From Kineococcus radiotolerans SRS30216 = ATCC BAA-149 (GTDB lineage: Bacteria; Actinomycetota; Actinomycetes; Actinomycetales; Kineococcaceae), in assembly GCF_000017305.1 (NCBI RefSeq), contig NC_009664.2:3240001-3272000 (forward strand): DNA of 32,000 bases, written 5' to 3'. The first letter of the stretch is position 1; each line of letters opens with the position of its first letter. The notes below the pieces were generated by a model. The model was given only the letters and a program-made list of their open reading frames with translations, ran no database searches and was not told the origin of the DNA. Position numbers and translations under genes: made by a program. This document shows positions 8,146 to 15,645 of this stretch, piece by piece.

Positions 8146-9693
8146 TCACGGGACGGGGGAGGCAGGGACCTCCTGGTCGCTGCCCGCGGTGCTGCGGGCG
8201 CGGCGCCGGCTGACGATGTTCCGGACGTCGACAGTGAATTCCCGGGCCACCGGTCGCGCAAACAGGAGAAGCAACCCCGGGTAGACGACCCCGGCGACTC
8301 CCGCGGAGACGGCGACCCGCACCCATCGCACGTCCGTCGTGAGCAGGTGCAGGACCGCCAGCACGATCCCGGCCATGACGACAGCGGCCAGCAGCACCCG
8401 GGCCGAACGCAGCAGGCACCGGTATGGGATCCCCACGGCGCGGTGCAGGACGATCTGGCGCACTGGGAACGTCGCCGCCTGCCGCACCAGCAGCGCCACC
8501 GCGAGGGCGAACAACCCGTGCGAGGCGGCCAGCACGACGACGGCCAGGTGGCTGACGACGATCCCGAGCACCAGCAGCAGTTCCGGGCGCAGCTTGCCCA
8601 CGGCGACGAACACCGTGCGGTCGAAGTAGCTGAAGACCCCGATGGCCGCGGTCACAGCGGTCACCTGGGCAATGCTCCCCGTGACGGCCCACTGCTCGCC
8701 GAGCAACCACGGGACGAGGTCGGTGCTGGTCGCGGCGAGGAAGAGCATGGCGGGGAAGATCAGCGCACCACTGGCAGCCATGGCTGTTTCGTAGGCGCGG
8801 CTCATCCGCGGCAGGTCGTCCTGGATCTTGCTGAACGTGGGGGTGGCGACACTGCTGATGACTGAGGAACCGGTGTCTTGCACGAGCTTCACCAAACGGG
8901 TGCCGACGGTCCAGTACCCCAGCACGGTGGCGGATGCGATACCAGCCAGGACGAACTCCTCGCCGCGGTCCCGGGCCTGCATCAGCAGGTCGATGCCCAG
9001 GAGCTTGCTGCCGAAGGCGAGCATCTCCCTCGCTTGACGACGGTCGAAGCTCAGGTGCGGACGCCAGGACACAGCGCACCACAGCATGACGGTGTTGGTG
9101 AGCGATCCGACGAGCACCTGCGCGACCAGGGACCAGACCCCCGCGCCAGCCAGGGCCGCGACGATGGCGGTGACTGAGCCCACCAAGGTCGCGGCCGTTG
9201 CGCGGGCGGCCAGGGCCTTGAAGCGCAGTTCGCGACGCATGAGGGCGTTGGGCAGGCTGTTGGCCCCGGCCAGCAGCAGGTTGAGGGACAGCCAGAGCAG
9301 GACCGGGACGAGCTCGGGCTGGTCGTAGGCGTCGGCCAGCAGCGGAGCGCATGCAGCGAGGGCTCCGGCCAGGGCGATCGAGAGTCCCAGGCTGGTCCAG
9401 AACGCGGTGCTGCGCGTCCGCTCGTCGACCACCGGACGCCGGATGACGTAGGTCGCCAGACCGCTGTCGCTGATGATCGTCAGGACCGCGATGATTCCGG
9501 TGGCGAGGGCGACCAGGCCGAACGCGGAAGGTTCGAGCTGTCGCCCCACGACGACGAAGGCGGCGGCGCTCAGGGCCCGGCTCGCCCAGATCTGCCCAGC
9601 CGTCCACATCACTCCGACGGCCGAGCGGGCGCGGAGCCCCCCACCGGGCCGGGACTGATCGGTGTGCGGTCGGTCCGGTCCGCTCGATGACAT
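8146..9693 (-). CDS. wzx: Wzx-type polysaccharide flippase (MOP superfamily)
   Basis: Polytopic membrane protein with GRQLEPSAFGLVALATGIIAVLTIISDSGLATYVIRR...STAFW and LRFKALAAR typical of Polysacc_synt flippases. ATG 9693 (MSSSGPD) is preceded by GGGAGGAA about 12 nt upstream. The track start at 9756 is less likely. Confidence 0.85.
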   Translation of the reverse strand: MSSSGPDRPHTDQSRPGGGLRARSAVGVMWTAGQIWASRALSAAAFVVVGRQLEPSAFGLVALATGIIAVLTIISDSGLATYVIRRPVVDERTRSTAFWTSLGLSIALAGALAACAPLLADAYDQPELVPVLLWLSLNLLLAGANSLPNALMRRELRFKALAARATAATLVGSVTAIVAALAGAGVWSLVAQVLVGSLTNTVMLWCAVSWRPHLSFDRRQAREMLAFGSKLLGIDLLMQARDRGEEFVLAGIASATVLGYWTVGTRLVKLVQDTGSSVISSVATPTFSKIQDDLPRMSRAYETAMAASGALIFPAMLFLAATSTDLVPWLLGEQWAVTGSIAQVTAVTAAIGVFSYFDRTVFVAVGKLRPELLLVLGIVVSHLAVVVLAASHGLFALAVALLVRQAATFPVRQIVLHRAVGIPYRCLLRSARVLLAAVVMAGIVLAVLHLLTTDVRWVRVAVSAGVAGVVYPGLLLLFARPVAREFTVDVRNIVSRRRARSTAGSDQEVPASPVP

Positions 9694-9932
9694 CTTGCCT
9701 CGGTTCCTCCCGACGTGCGCGGGCGTGGCATGGGCAGGGAACTCGTCAGACAGCAACGGGGTGCGAACCGGTACTCACGCCAAGTGACGGCGACGGGCAC
9801 GAGGCGCAGCCTACTAGCCCGAACGGCGCGCTCCCCTCACTCGCGGCCACTGTGTCATGCTCTGCGTCGTCACGAGCCGGCACCTTCAGGTGCGCGACCC
9901 AGGGAGACCTCGATGAGCGGTGGACAGCCCGG
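9694..9932. promoter_or_regulatory. divergent promoter region, wzx versus GT4-GT2 operon
   Basis: 239-bp gap between divergently oriented starts. Inferred from gene geometry only; no promoter hexamers were confidently identified. Confidence 0.3.
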
Positions 9933-11060
9933 ATGACGGTCGAGCCCAGAGGCACTCAACCGGGCGGGACCGACTCCAGCCACGCTGGGCAGGAACCGAT
10001 CACGGTCCACCTCTTCCCGAGTCCCGCCCGTCGCATGGTCAATCCCTACCTGTCGATGCTCACGGCCGCGCTGCGCGAGCAGGGCGTCGACGTCCAGGCG
10101 CTGCACGGGAGATCGGGTGCTGCTGGTGGGCGCGGGATCGTGCACGTCCACTGGCCCGAGCTGAACCTGCACTCCGGCAAGTTGAGGTGGGCGCTGTGGG
10201 GGACCGGGAAGCTCATCGTCCAGGTCGTCGCCGCCCGCCGTCGCGGACTGCCCGTCGTCTGGACCGTGCACAACCTCCAGGCCCACGACGGATCCCGGCC
10301 GGTGCTGCAGCGGATCTTGTGGGCCGCCTGGCCCCGCCTGGTGACCGGTTGGCTGTCGCTCTCCCGCAACGGCGTCGATCGTGCGCAGGACGCCTTCAGG
10401 CCCTTGCGTCGACGTCCCTCGCGCGTCGTCCCTCACGGTGACTACGCCCCTGTCGTCCACGCGCCCGACCGAGCGGTCGCCCGTGGGCGGCTCGGGCTCC
10501 CCCTCGAGTCCCGGGTCCTCGCTCTCGTCGGCCGGATCCGCCCGTACAAGGGGGCCGAGGCGCTCGTTGAGGCCGTCGCCGCCAGCCCATCGGAGGACCT
10601 CCGGCTCGTCGTCGGCGGTGCCTGCGACGACGCGCCCTTGCGGGCGGCTCTCGAACGCACCGCCGCTGCCGATCCGCGCGTCCGGCTGCTGCTGGAGACG
10701 CTCCACCAGGAACAGGTCGACGACGTGCTGGCTGCGGCCGACCTCGTCGTGCTGCCTTTCCGCTCGGTGTTCAACTCCGGCTCGGTCCTGTTGTGCCTGA
10801 CGGCTGGTCGACCCGTCCTGGCCCCGCGCACACCGGTGTTCGACGAGCTCGCCGCGGAGGTGGGGGCCGGTTGGCTGCACCTCTACGACGGTGACCTGAC
10901 CCCGGAGGTGCTGGAGCGGGTGCTCGCCGAGACCACGACGCTCACCGGCGAACCCGACCTGCGACGACACCGTTGGGAGAACGTGGCTGCCGAGCACCTC
11001 GCGTTCTACGAGCGACTGCTCCGACGCTCGACCGCGCGCGCCGGGGAGGGTCGACGGTGA
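9933..11060 (+). CDS. glycosyltransferase, GT-B fold (GT4-like)
   Basis: Contains IVHVHWPELN...VVWTVHNLQAHDG and a C-terminal LVGRIRPYKG...VVLPFRSVFNSGSVLLCLTAGRPVLAP. ATG 9933 (MTVEPRG) was chosen. The ORF is open from 9687, but that upstream part would overlap the wzx start. Confidence 0.75.
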   Translation: MTVEPRGTQPGGTDSSHAGQEPITVHLFPSPARRMVNPYLSMLTAALREQGVDVQALHGRSGAAGGRGIVHVHWPELNLHSGKLRWALWGTGKLIVQVVAARRRGLPVVWTVHNLQAHDGSRPVLQRILWAAWPRLVTGWLSLSRNGVDRAQDAFRPLRRRPSRVVPHGDYAPVVHAPDRAVARGRLGLPLESRVLALVGRIRPYKGAEALVEAVAASPSEDLRLVVGGACDDAPLRAALERTAAADPRVRLLLETLHQEQVDDVLAAADLVVLPFRSVFNSGSVLLCLTAGRPVLAPRTPVFDELAAEVGAGWLHLYDGDLTPEVLERVLAETTTLTGEPDLRRHRWENVAAEHLAFYERLLRRSTARAGEGRR

Positions 11061-11926
11061 GCGTCGACGTCTCCGTCGTCATCCCCTGCTTCAACGCCAC
11101 CCGCGACCTGCCGGCGCAGCTGGAGGCGTTGGCCGGGCAGAGCACCGTCTGCACCTTCGAGGTCGTCGTCTCCGACAACGGCTCGACGGACGGTCTGGCG
11201 GAGTTCGTAGAGGAGTGGTCGAGGCGGGTCCCCTTCATGCTGCGCCGGGTCGATGCTTCTGCCCGTCGCGGTGTCGCTCATGCACGCAACGCCGGGTGCC
11301 GAGCCGCCCTCGCGGACGTCATCCTCGTCTGCGACGCGGACGACGTCGTCGGCGTCGGCTGGGTGGACGCGATGGCGAGGGCGTTGGAACAGGCCGACCT
11401 CGTGGGCGGGACCCTGGTGCACGGGCACCTGAACACCGCGTTGGTGCAGCAGTGGCGTCCCACGTCCCCGCCCGGCGTCCTACCGACGAAGCTGTCGCAC
11501 TTGCCGTACGCGGTCGGGGCGAACGTCGGGTTGCGCCGAGAGGTGTTCGACGCCCTCGGGGGCTGGGACGAAGGTTTCGTCGCCGGGGGCGATGACGTGG
11601 AGTTCTCCTGGCGGGCCCAGCACGCGGGTTTCTGCCTCCGGTCTGCGCCGGACGCCGTCATCGCCTACCGCATGCGGACCACGCTGTCCGCGAACGTCAA
11701 GCAGTCCTACTTCTACGCTCGGTCCGACGCCCTGCTGATGCGGACGTTCAGGTCTGCAGGGGTCCCGCGGCGAGGCCTTCGACCGTTGATCACCGAGAGC
11801 AAGTGGCTGGTGCGCAACGTGCCACGAACCCGTGAGCCCGGCTTCCGGGGGCAGTGGCTGCGGCGGGCGGCGATGCTGGCCGGTCGGTTCGTCGGATCCG
11901 TGCAGCACCGCACCTGGGCGGTCTGA
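11057..11926 (+). CDS. glycosyltransferase family 2
   Basis: GTG 11057 overlaps the upstream TGA (GTGA). The translation VSVVIPCFNATRDLPAQLEAL...VVVSDNGSTDG...ARNAG...LVCDADDVV is a GT-A fold with a DxD motif. Confidence 0.88.
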   Translation: MSVDVSVVIPCFNATRDLPAQLEALAGQSTVCTFEVVVSDNGSTDGLAEFVEEWSRRVPFMLRRVDASARRGVAHARNAGCRAALADVILVCDADDVVGVGWVDAMARALEQADLVGGTLVHGHLNTALVQQWRPTSPPGVLPTKLSHLPYAVGANVGLRREVFDALGGWDEGFVAGGDDVEFSWRAQHAGFCLRSAPDAVIAYRMRTTLSANVKQSYFYARSDALLMRTFRSAGVPRRGLRPLITESKWLVRNVPRTREPGFRGQWLRRAAMLAGRFVGSVQHRTWAV

Positions 11927-12009
11927 CCTGTACGGCACGAACGCGGCCGTCCGGTCGCCGGAGCAGAACCCCGGTCACCGAACGGCCGTGCTCCTGCGCA
12001 GCCCGTCCT

Positions 12010-12939
12010 TCAGTAGGACAAGCCTTGCGTCACGGTGAGGTCCGGCCACTGCGACTTGTTCCAGACGGCCTTCCAGCTGAGGTTGGGGGCGGTGTTGATC
12101 CGGAAGTTCTGCACGGTGATCCTGACCGACGTGGACGTGGTCCCGTTGCGGGTGCCGGCGAGCCAGAGCAGGTAGGCGTGACCCGTGCGCGAGCCGTTGA
12201 GGGTGACGTTGGCCAGGTTCCACTGCCCGAGCGCGCCCTGACCGCGGCTGAAGGGCTGGAGGTAGAAGCCCTGGTAATCGAGGTTGTTCGCCGTGAAGCC
12301 GTTCACCTCGAGCTTGGCCGGGCCGCTCCAGGTCTGGAAGGCGTCGCCGCCGTCGTGCTGCCCCATCACGGCGCCCAGGTGCGTCTTCACCCCGTCGATG
12401 AGGATGTTGCGCATCCGCAGCGTCAGGGTGGTCCTCTCGGCCTTGGAGTCGAAGTTGATGCCCTCGTAGACGTTGCTGCCGGCGCAGTGGAAGCCGTCCA
12501 GCACGATGGTGCGTGCGGCCTGGGCCTTGGCGTTGCCCGCGATGTACAGGCACCGGTTGTCCTTGGCGGCCTCGCCGGTGACGTGGTACTCCTTGGAGAA
12601 GTTCACGGTGCCGCCGGTGCTGATGACGTTGCGGCCACCGATGAGCGTGAAACCGCCGGCGACGTCCAGCGGGGTTTCTGGCCAGTCGACGAGGACGTCT
12701 CGGTCGGCGGGAGCCGTGAAGACGTTCCAGGTGGGAGATGGCTTCCAGACGACCGGGTTGACCAGGACGGGGTCCGTCGCGGGGGCGGCGACGGTGCTGC
12801 TCGTCGTGGTGGTGGTGAGCGTCCGGACGGTGCTGGTGGTTCCGGTGGCCAGAGCAGGGGTGGCCGCGACCGCCGTCAGCGTGAGGGCGGCGACGGCGGA
12901 GCTCAGGGCGGTGCGCAGGGGGCGCGAGAACGTGGGCAT
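12010..12939 (-). CDS. secreted beta-helix-like protein, uncharacterised family (paralogue 1 of 3)
   Basis: ATG 12939 is preceded by AGAGGAAC. It has a Sec signal (MPTFSRPLRTALSSAVAALTLTAVAATPALA) followed by a Thr/Ser-rich linker. The body shows a ~25-aa periodicity of N-[IV]-x-[IL]-x-G-like coils (IGGRNVISTGGTVNF, IVLDGFHCAG, RNILIDGV, LEVNGFTANN, NVTLNGS, ITVQNFRIN). The track ORF start at 13089 is an upstream extension. Confidence 0.8.
   Translation of the reverse strand: MPTFSRPLRTALSSAVAALTLTAVAATPALATGTTSTVRTLTTTTTSSTVAAPATDPVLVNPVVWKPSPTWNVFTAPADRDVLVDWPETPLDVAGGFTLIGGRNVISTGGTVNFSKEYHVTGEAAKDNRCLYIAGNAKAQAARTIVLDGFHCAGSNVYEGINFDSKAERTTLTLRMRNILIDGVKTHLGAVMGQHDGGDAFQTWSGPAKLEVNGFTANNLDYQGFYLQPFSRGQGALGQWNLANVTLNGSRTGHAYLLWLAGTRNGTTSTSVRITVQNFRINTAPNLSWKAVWNKSQWPDLTVTQGLSY
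12449..12669. repeat. 221-bp tract 100% identical to 13804-14024
   Basis: Base-by-base comparison of the two tracts (offset 1355 nt) found no mismatch. It encodes LDVAGGFTLIGG...VYEGINFD in both paralogues. The flanking DNA is clearly diverged. Confidence 0.95.
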
Positions 12940-13279
12940 CGAGGGTTCCTCTGGTGGGGGGTGAGAGGTGGTGACAAAAAGGGGATCGTCGTCTTCCGGG
13001 GCCCTCTTGATGCGGGTCTCGAGGCCCCCGCAGGCTGTCACGGAGGGTGATTGTGCGCAGGCGGAGTTGTTTCCCGCATGATCGCTCACCCTCTGCCACC
13101 TCAGAGCCCGTACCGGGAGCGGTTGAAGGGTAGTCCGAGATCACGGGTGACCCGTTCGGACGTACGGTCCTCACCGACGCGCGCCGTCTCGTGAAACACG
13201 GAATCACCCGGTCGGCGGCGTGGTCGCCCAGCGTGGGCTCTCGGGACCTCGGGCTCGGAGACCGTCCCGGAACGACGAC
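12940..13279 (-). promoter_or_regulatory. long upstream/leader region of paralogue 1
   Basis: 340 nt lie between the paralogue-2 terminator hairpin and ATG 12939. The region contains a T5 run on the minus strand (12976-12980) and a CCTCT/AGAGG pairing that could occlude the SD. No known riboswitch motif was recognised. Confidence 0.3.
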
Positions 13280-13309
13280 GAGCCGCACCGCCAGGTGGCG
13301 GTGCGGCTC
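13280..13309 (-). terminator. perfect 13-bp stem-loop downstream of paralogue 2
   Basis: GAGCCGCACCGCC-AGGT-GGCGGTGCGGCTC lies about 60 nt after the stop codon at 13371-13373. There is no clear U-tract, which is common in high-GC actinobacteria. Confidence 0.6.
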
Positions 13310-13370
13310 GGGTGGTGCGGGTGGTTCTGGTGGACGCCTGCCGAGAGGGGTGATCCGCGTGCGGTCTTCC

Positions 13371-14288
13371 TCAGCTTTGGTTGACGCGGACGTCAGTCCA
13401 CTGCTCCTTCTTCCAGACGGCCTTCCAGCCCAACGCGGGAGCGGCGGTGAGTTGCACGTTGCGCACGTCTATGGCGACACCGTGGTATCCCGCGGCGTTG
13501 CGGGTACCGGCGAGCCACAGGAGGTAGGCGTGGCCGGACCGGGACCCGTTGAGGGTCACGTTGGACAGGGTCCACTTCCCCATGGCGGTGGCGTTGCCGT
13601 GGGCGTAGGGCTGCAGGAAGAAGCCCTGGTAGTCGAGGTTGTTCGCCGTGAAGCGGTTGATCTCCAGGTTCAACGGCCCGTTCCAAGCCTGGAAGGCGTC
13701 CCCGCCGTCGTGCGAGCCGACGCTCGCGCCCAGGTGGGCCTTGACCCCGTCGATGAGGATGTTGCGCATTTTCAGCGTGATGGTGCTGCTCTCGGCTCTG
13801 GCATCGAAGTTGATGCCCTCGTAGACGTTGCTGCCGGCGCAGTGGAAGCCGTCCAGCACGATGGTGCGTGCGGCCTGGGCCTTGGCGTTGCCCGCGATGT
13901 ACAGGCACCGGTTGTCCTTGGCGGCCTCGCCGGTGACGTGGTACTCCTTGGAGAAGTTCACGGTGCCGCCGGTGCTGATGACGTTGCGGCCACCGATGAG
14001 CGTGAAACCGCCGGCGACGTCCAGTGGGCGGTCGGGCCAATTGACCAGCACGTCGCGGTCGGCGGGTGCGGTGAACGTCTTCGTCGCCGCGGAGGGCTTC
14101 CAGACGAGCGGATCGACCAGGATGGGGTCCATCGCTGGGTCGGCGACAGGGAGGGCCAGCGTGCGGGTGGCGCGGGGCACCGGGGGAGCGGCGTCGGCTG
14201 ACGGGGCAGCGACGGCCGCCGATGCCAGTGCGACGAGCGCGGTGGCGGCGGCCAGGGCGGTGGACAACGGACGGGGCAGCGTGGGCAT
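13371..14288 (-). CDS. secreted beta-helix-like protein, uncharacterised family (paralogue 2 of 3)
   Basis: 305 aa. GAGGAAC lies upstream of ATG 14288. It has a signal peptide (MPTLPRPLSTALAAATALVALASAAVAAPSADA). It aligns end to end with paralogue 1 but lacks the poly-Thr linker. Confidence 0.85.
   Translation of the reverse strand: MPTLPRPLSTALAAATALVALASAAVAAPSADAAPPVPRATRTLALPVADPAMDPILVDPLVWKPSAATKTFTAPADRDVLVNWPDRPLDVAGGFTLIGGRNVISTGGTVNFSKEYHVTGEAAKDNRCLYIAGNAKAQAARTIVLDGFHCAGSNVYEGINFDARAESSTITLKMRNILIDGVKAHLGASVGSHDGGDAFQAWNGPLNLEINRFTANNLDYQGFFLQPYAHGNATAMGKWTLSNVTLNGSRSGHAYLLWLAGTRNAAGYHGVAIDVRNVQLTAAPALGWKAVWKKEQWTDVRVNQS
13804..14024. repeat. 221-bp tract 100% identical to 12449-12669
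   Basis: Second copy of the identical tract; see 12449-12669. Confidence 0.95.
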
Positions 14289-14710
14289 CGGAGCGGTTCC
14301 TCGGCGTCGGTCTCGAAGCGGTGTCCCGTACGAGATCGTCGTTACCGCGAGCAGCCTGAAATCGCCCGCTGCGTCCGCTGTCGTGGTGACTGCGGGTGAC
14401 GTTGGGATGTCTGGGGGACGGAGGGGGAGGTACGCGTGACTTGGAGTGACGGAATGGCTATCAGAAGGGCTGGTGCGCTCGGCCGCCGCGCGACCGGGTC
14501 ATTGGAACGGGTGTTGGTGTGTCACCGTCAGCAGCAGCGAGGCCACCGCGTCTTCACCCTTGAGGACCTGGACATTGCTTTGCGTAGTGGGTACTGGGAC
14601 CTCGCACAGTGGTCATCGTCACGCTGACGGGTGAAGGTTGGGTCGCGGAGCCCCTGGTACGGTCGCAGGAACCGACGCGACTGGACGCCAGGAGTGACGT
14701 CATCGACACG
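14289..14710. promoter_or_regulatory. divergent intergenic region between paralogue 2 and lipoprotein paralogue 3
   Basis: 422 bp and visibly less GC-rich than the surrounding genes. GTGAC/GTCAC pentamers recur, and a perfect TGACGTCA palindrome sits at 14696-14703, just upstream of ATG 14711. Confidence 0.35.
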
Positions 14711-15643
14711 ATGAGCCGCCGGATCGCCCTCGGCTTGCTGGCCACCGGGACCCTCGCGGCCTGCGCGGGCGAGAACCAGCGTCCGCTTCCGCCGGACCGC
14801 AGGCTCAGCTGGGCACCGCCCAGCTTGGACTCCGGGACGACCATCGAGGTCACGGCAACGAACCACCACCTCGAACTCGACGCGAGGACGGACTACCGGC
14901 TCCGGTTGCCGTCGGATGTCCCTCTGCGGGTCGAGGGCGGCCTGGTCGTCATCGGTGGTCGCAACGTCGTCATCGTGGGCGGCGAGATCCAGATTCCTGA
15001 GGGTCTGTCCCAGGAGGCCGACGAATGGACCGGTCGGCGCGGGCTTTACCTCAAGGACCAGTCCGGTGTCGTCCACGTGGAGGGTCTGCGGTTCTCCGGT
15101 GACCTGGCCGAGGGCATCGATCTCGCGCAGTCCCGTGATGCCACGGTCCAGCTCCAGAACATCTCGGTCGACAGCGTGCGGGGCAGCTACGAGGGCAACC
15201 ACGCCGACCTGCTGCAGGTTTGGGCGGGGCCACGGGTCCTGCGGGTCGACGGGTTCTCGGGGACCACGGATTACCAAGGATTCTTCCTGCTGCCCAACCA
15301 GCACTACGACGGTCCGCGGCCGGACCTGTTCGACCTTCGACGTGTGCGCATCCGCGGCGTCGAGGGCAGCGCTTACCTCCTGTGGGCCCCCAAGGGGGAC
15401 CTCGACTGGCTCAAGTTGACCGACGTGCGGTTGGCCGTCGACGACAGCCGCTCCCGCAAGCAACTGCTCCGCCCGGTGGACACCTGGTCCGGGGTGGACG
15501 TGGCCGGTGGTGACGAAGCCGTCGACCTGCTGACGGCGGAGGAGGCCACGATGCCTGAGGGAACGCCCGGTCTGAGCTACCGTTCGCCGGGCTACCGCGA
15601 CGATCCCCTCCCGGCGAGCACCCCGCTCGGCCGGAACAGCTGA
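14711..15643 (+). CDS. lipoprotein, distant beta-helix-like paralogue (3 of 3)
   Basis: ATG 14711 opens MSRRIALGLLATGTLAAC, a lipoprotein signal with an LAAC lipobox. It shares blocks with paralogues 1 and 2: GG-x3-IGGRNV-x3-GG, R-x-LY, EGI, H-x-D-x2-Q-x-W-x-GP-x2-L-x-V-x-GF...DYQGF-x-L-x-P, and AYLLW. Confidence 0.8.
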   Translation: MSRRIALGLLATGTLAACAGENQRPLPPDRRLSWAPPSLDSGTTIEVTATNHHLELDARTDYRLRLPSDVPLRVEGGLVVIGGRNVVIVGGEIQIPEGLSQEADEWTGRRGLYLKDQSGVVHVEGLRFSGDLAEGIDLAQSRDATVQLQNISVDSVRGSYEGNHADLLQVWAGPRVLRVDGFSGTTDYQGFFLLPNQHYDGPRPDLFDLRRVRIRGVEGSAYLLWAPKGDLDWLKLTDVRLAVDDSRSRKQLLRPVDTWSGVDVAGGDEAVDLLTAEEATMPEGTPGLSYRSPGYRDDPLPASTPLGRNS

Positions 15644-15645
15644 GG

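Noticed and set aside
8126-9607. 493-aa minus-strand ORF out of frame with wzx
   Set aside because: Arg/Pro-rich and non-hydrophobic. The neighbouring frame (8146..9693) gives a convincing 12-14 TM flippase.
11854-14201. Two long plus-strand ORFs (398 aa and 336 aa) antisense to exported paralogues 1 and 2, which resemble each other
   Set aside because: Their similarity only mirrors the duplication of the real minus-strand genes. They lack starts with an SD, are Gly/Arg/Asp/Val-rich, and the minus-strand products have signal peptides and an RBS.
14436-14627. 63-aa and 62-aa ORFs inside the 422-bp divergent intergenic region
   Set aside because: No SD, poor third-position GC bias and no recognisable fold. 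A small regulatory peptide cannot be excluded, but nothing in the sequence supports one.
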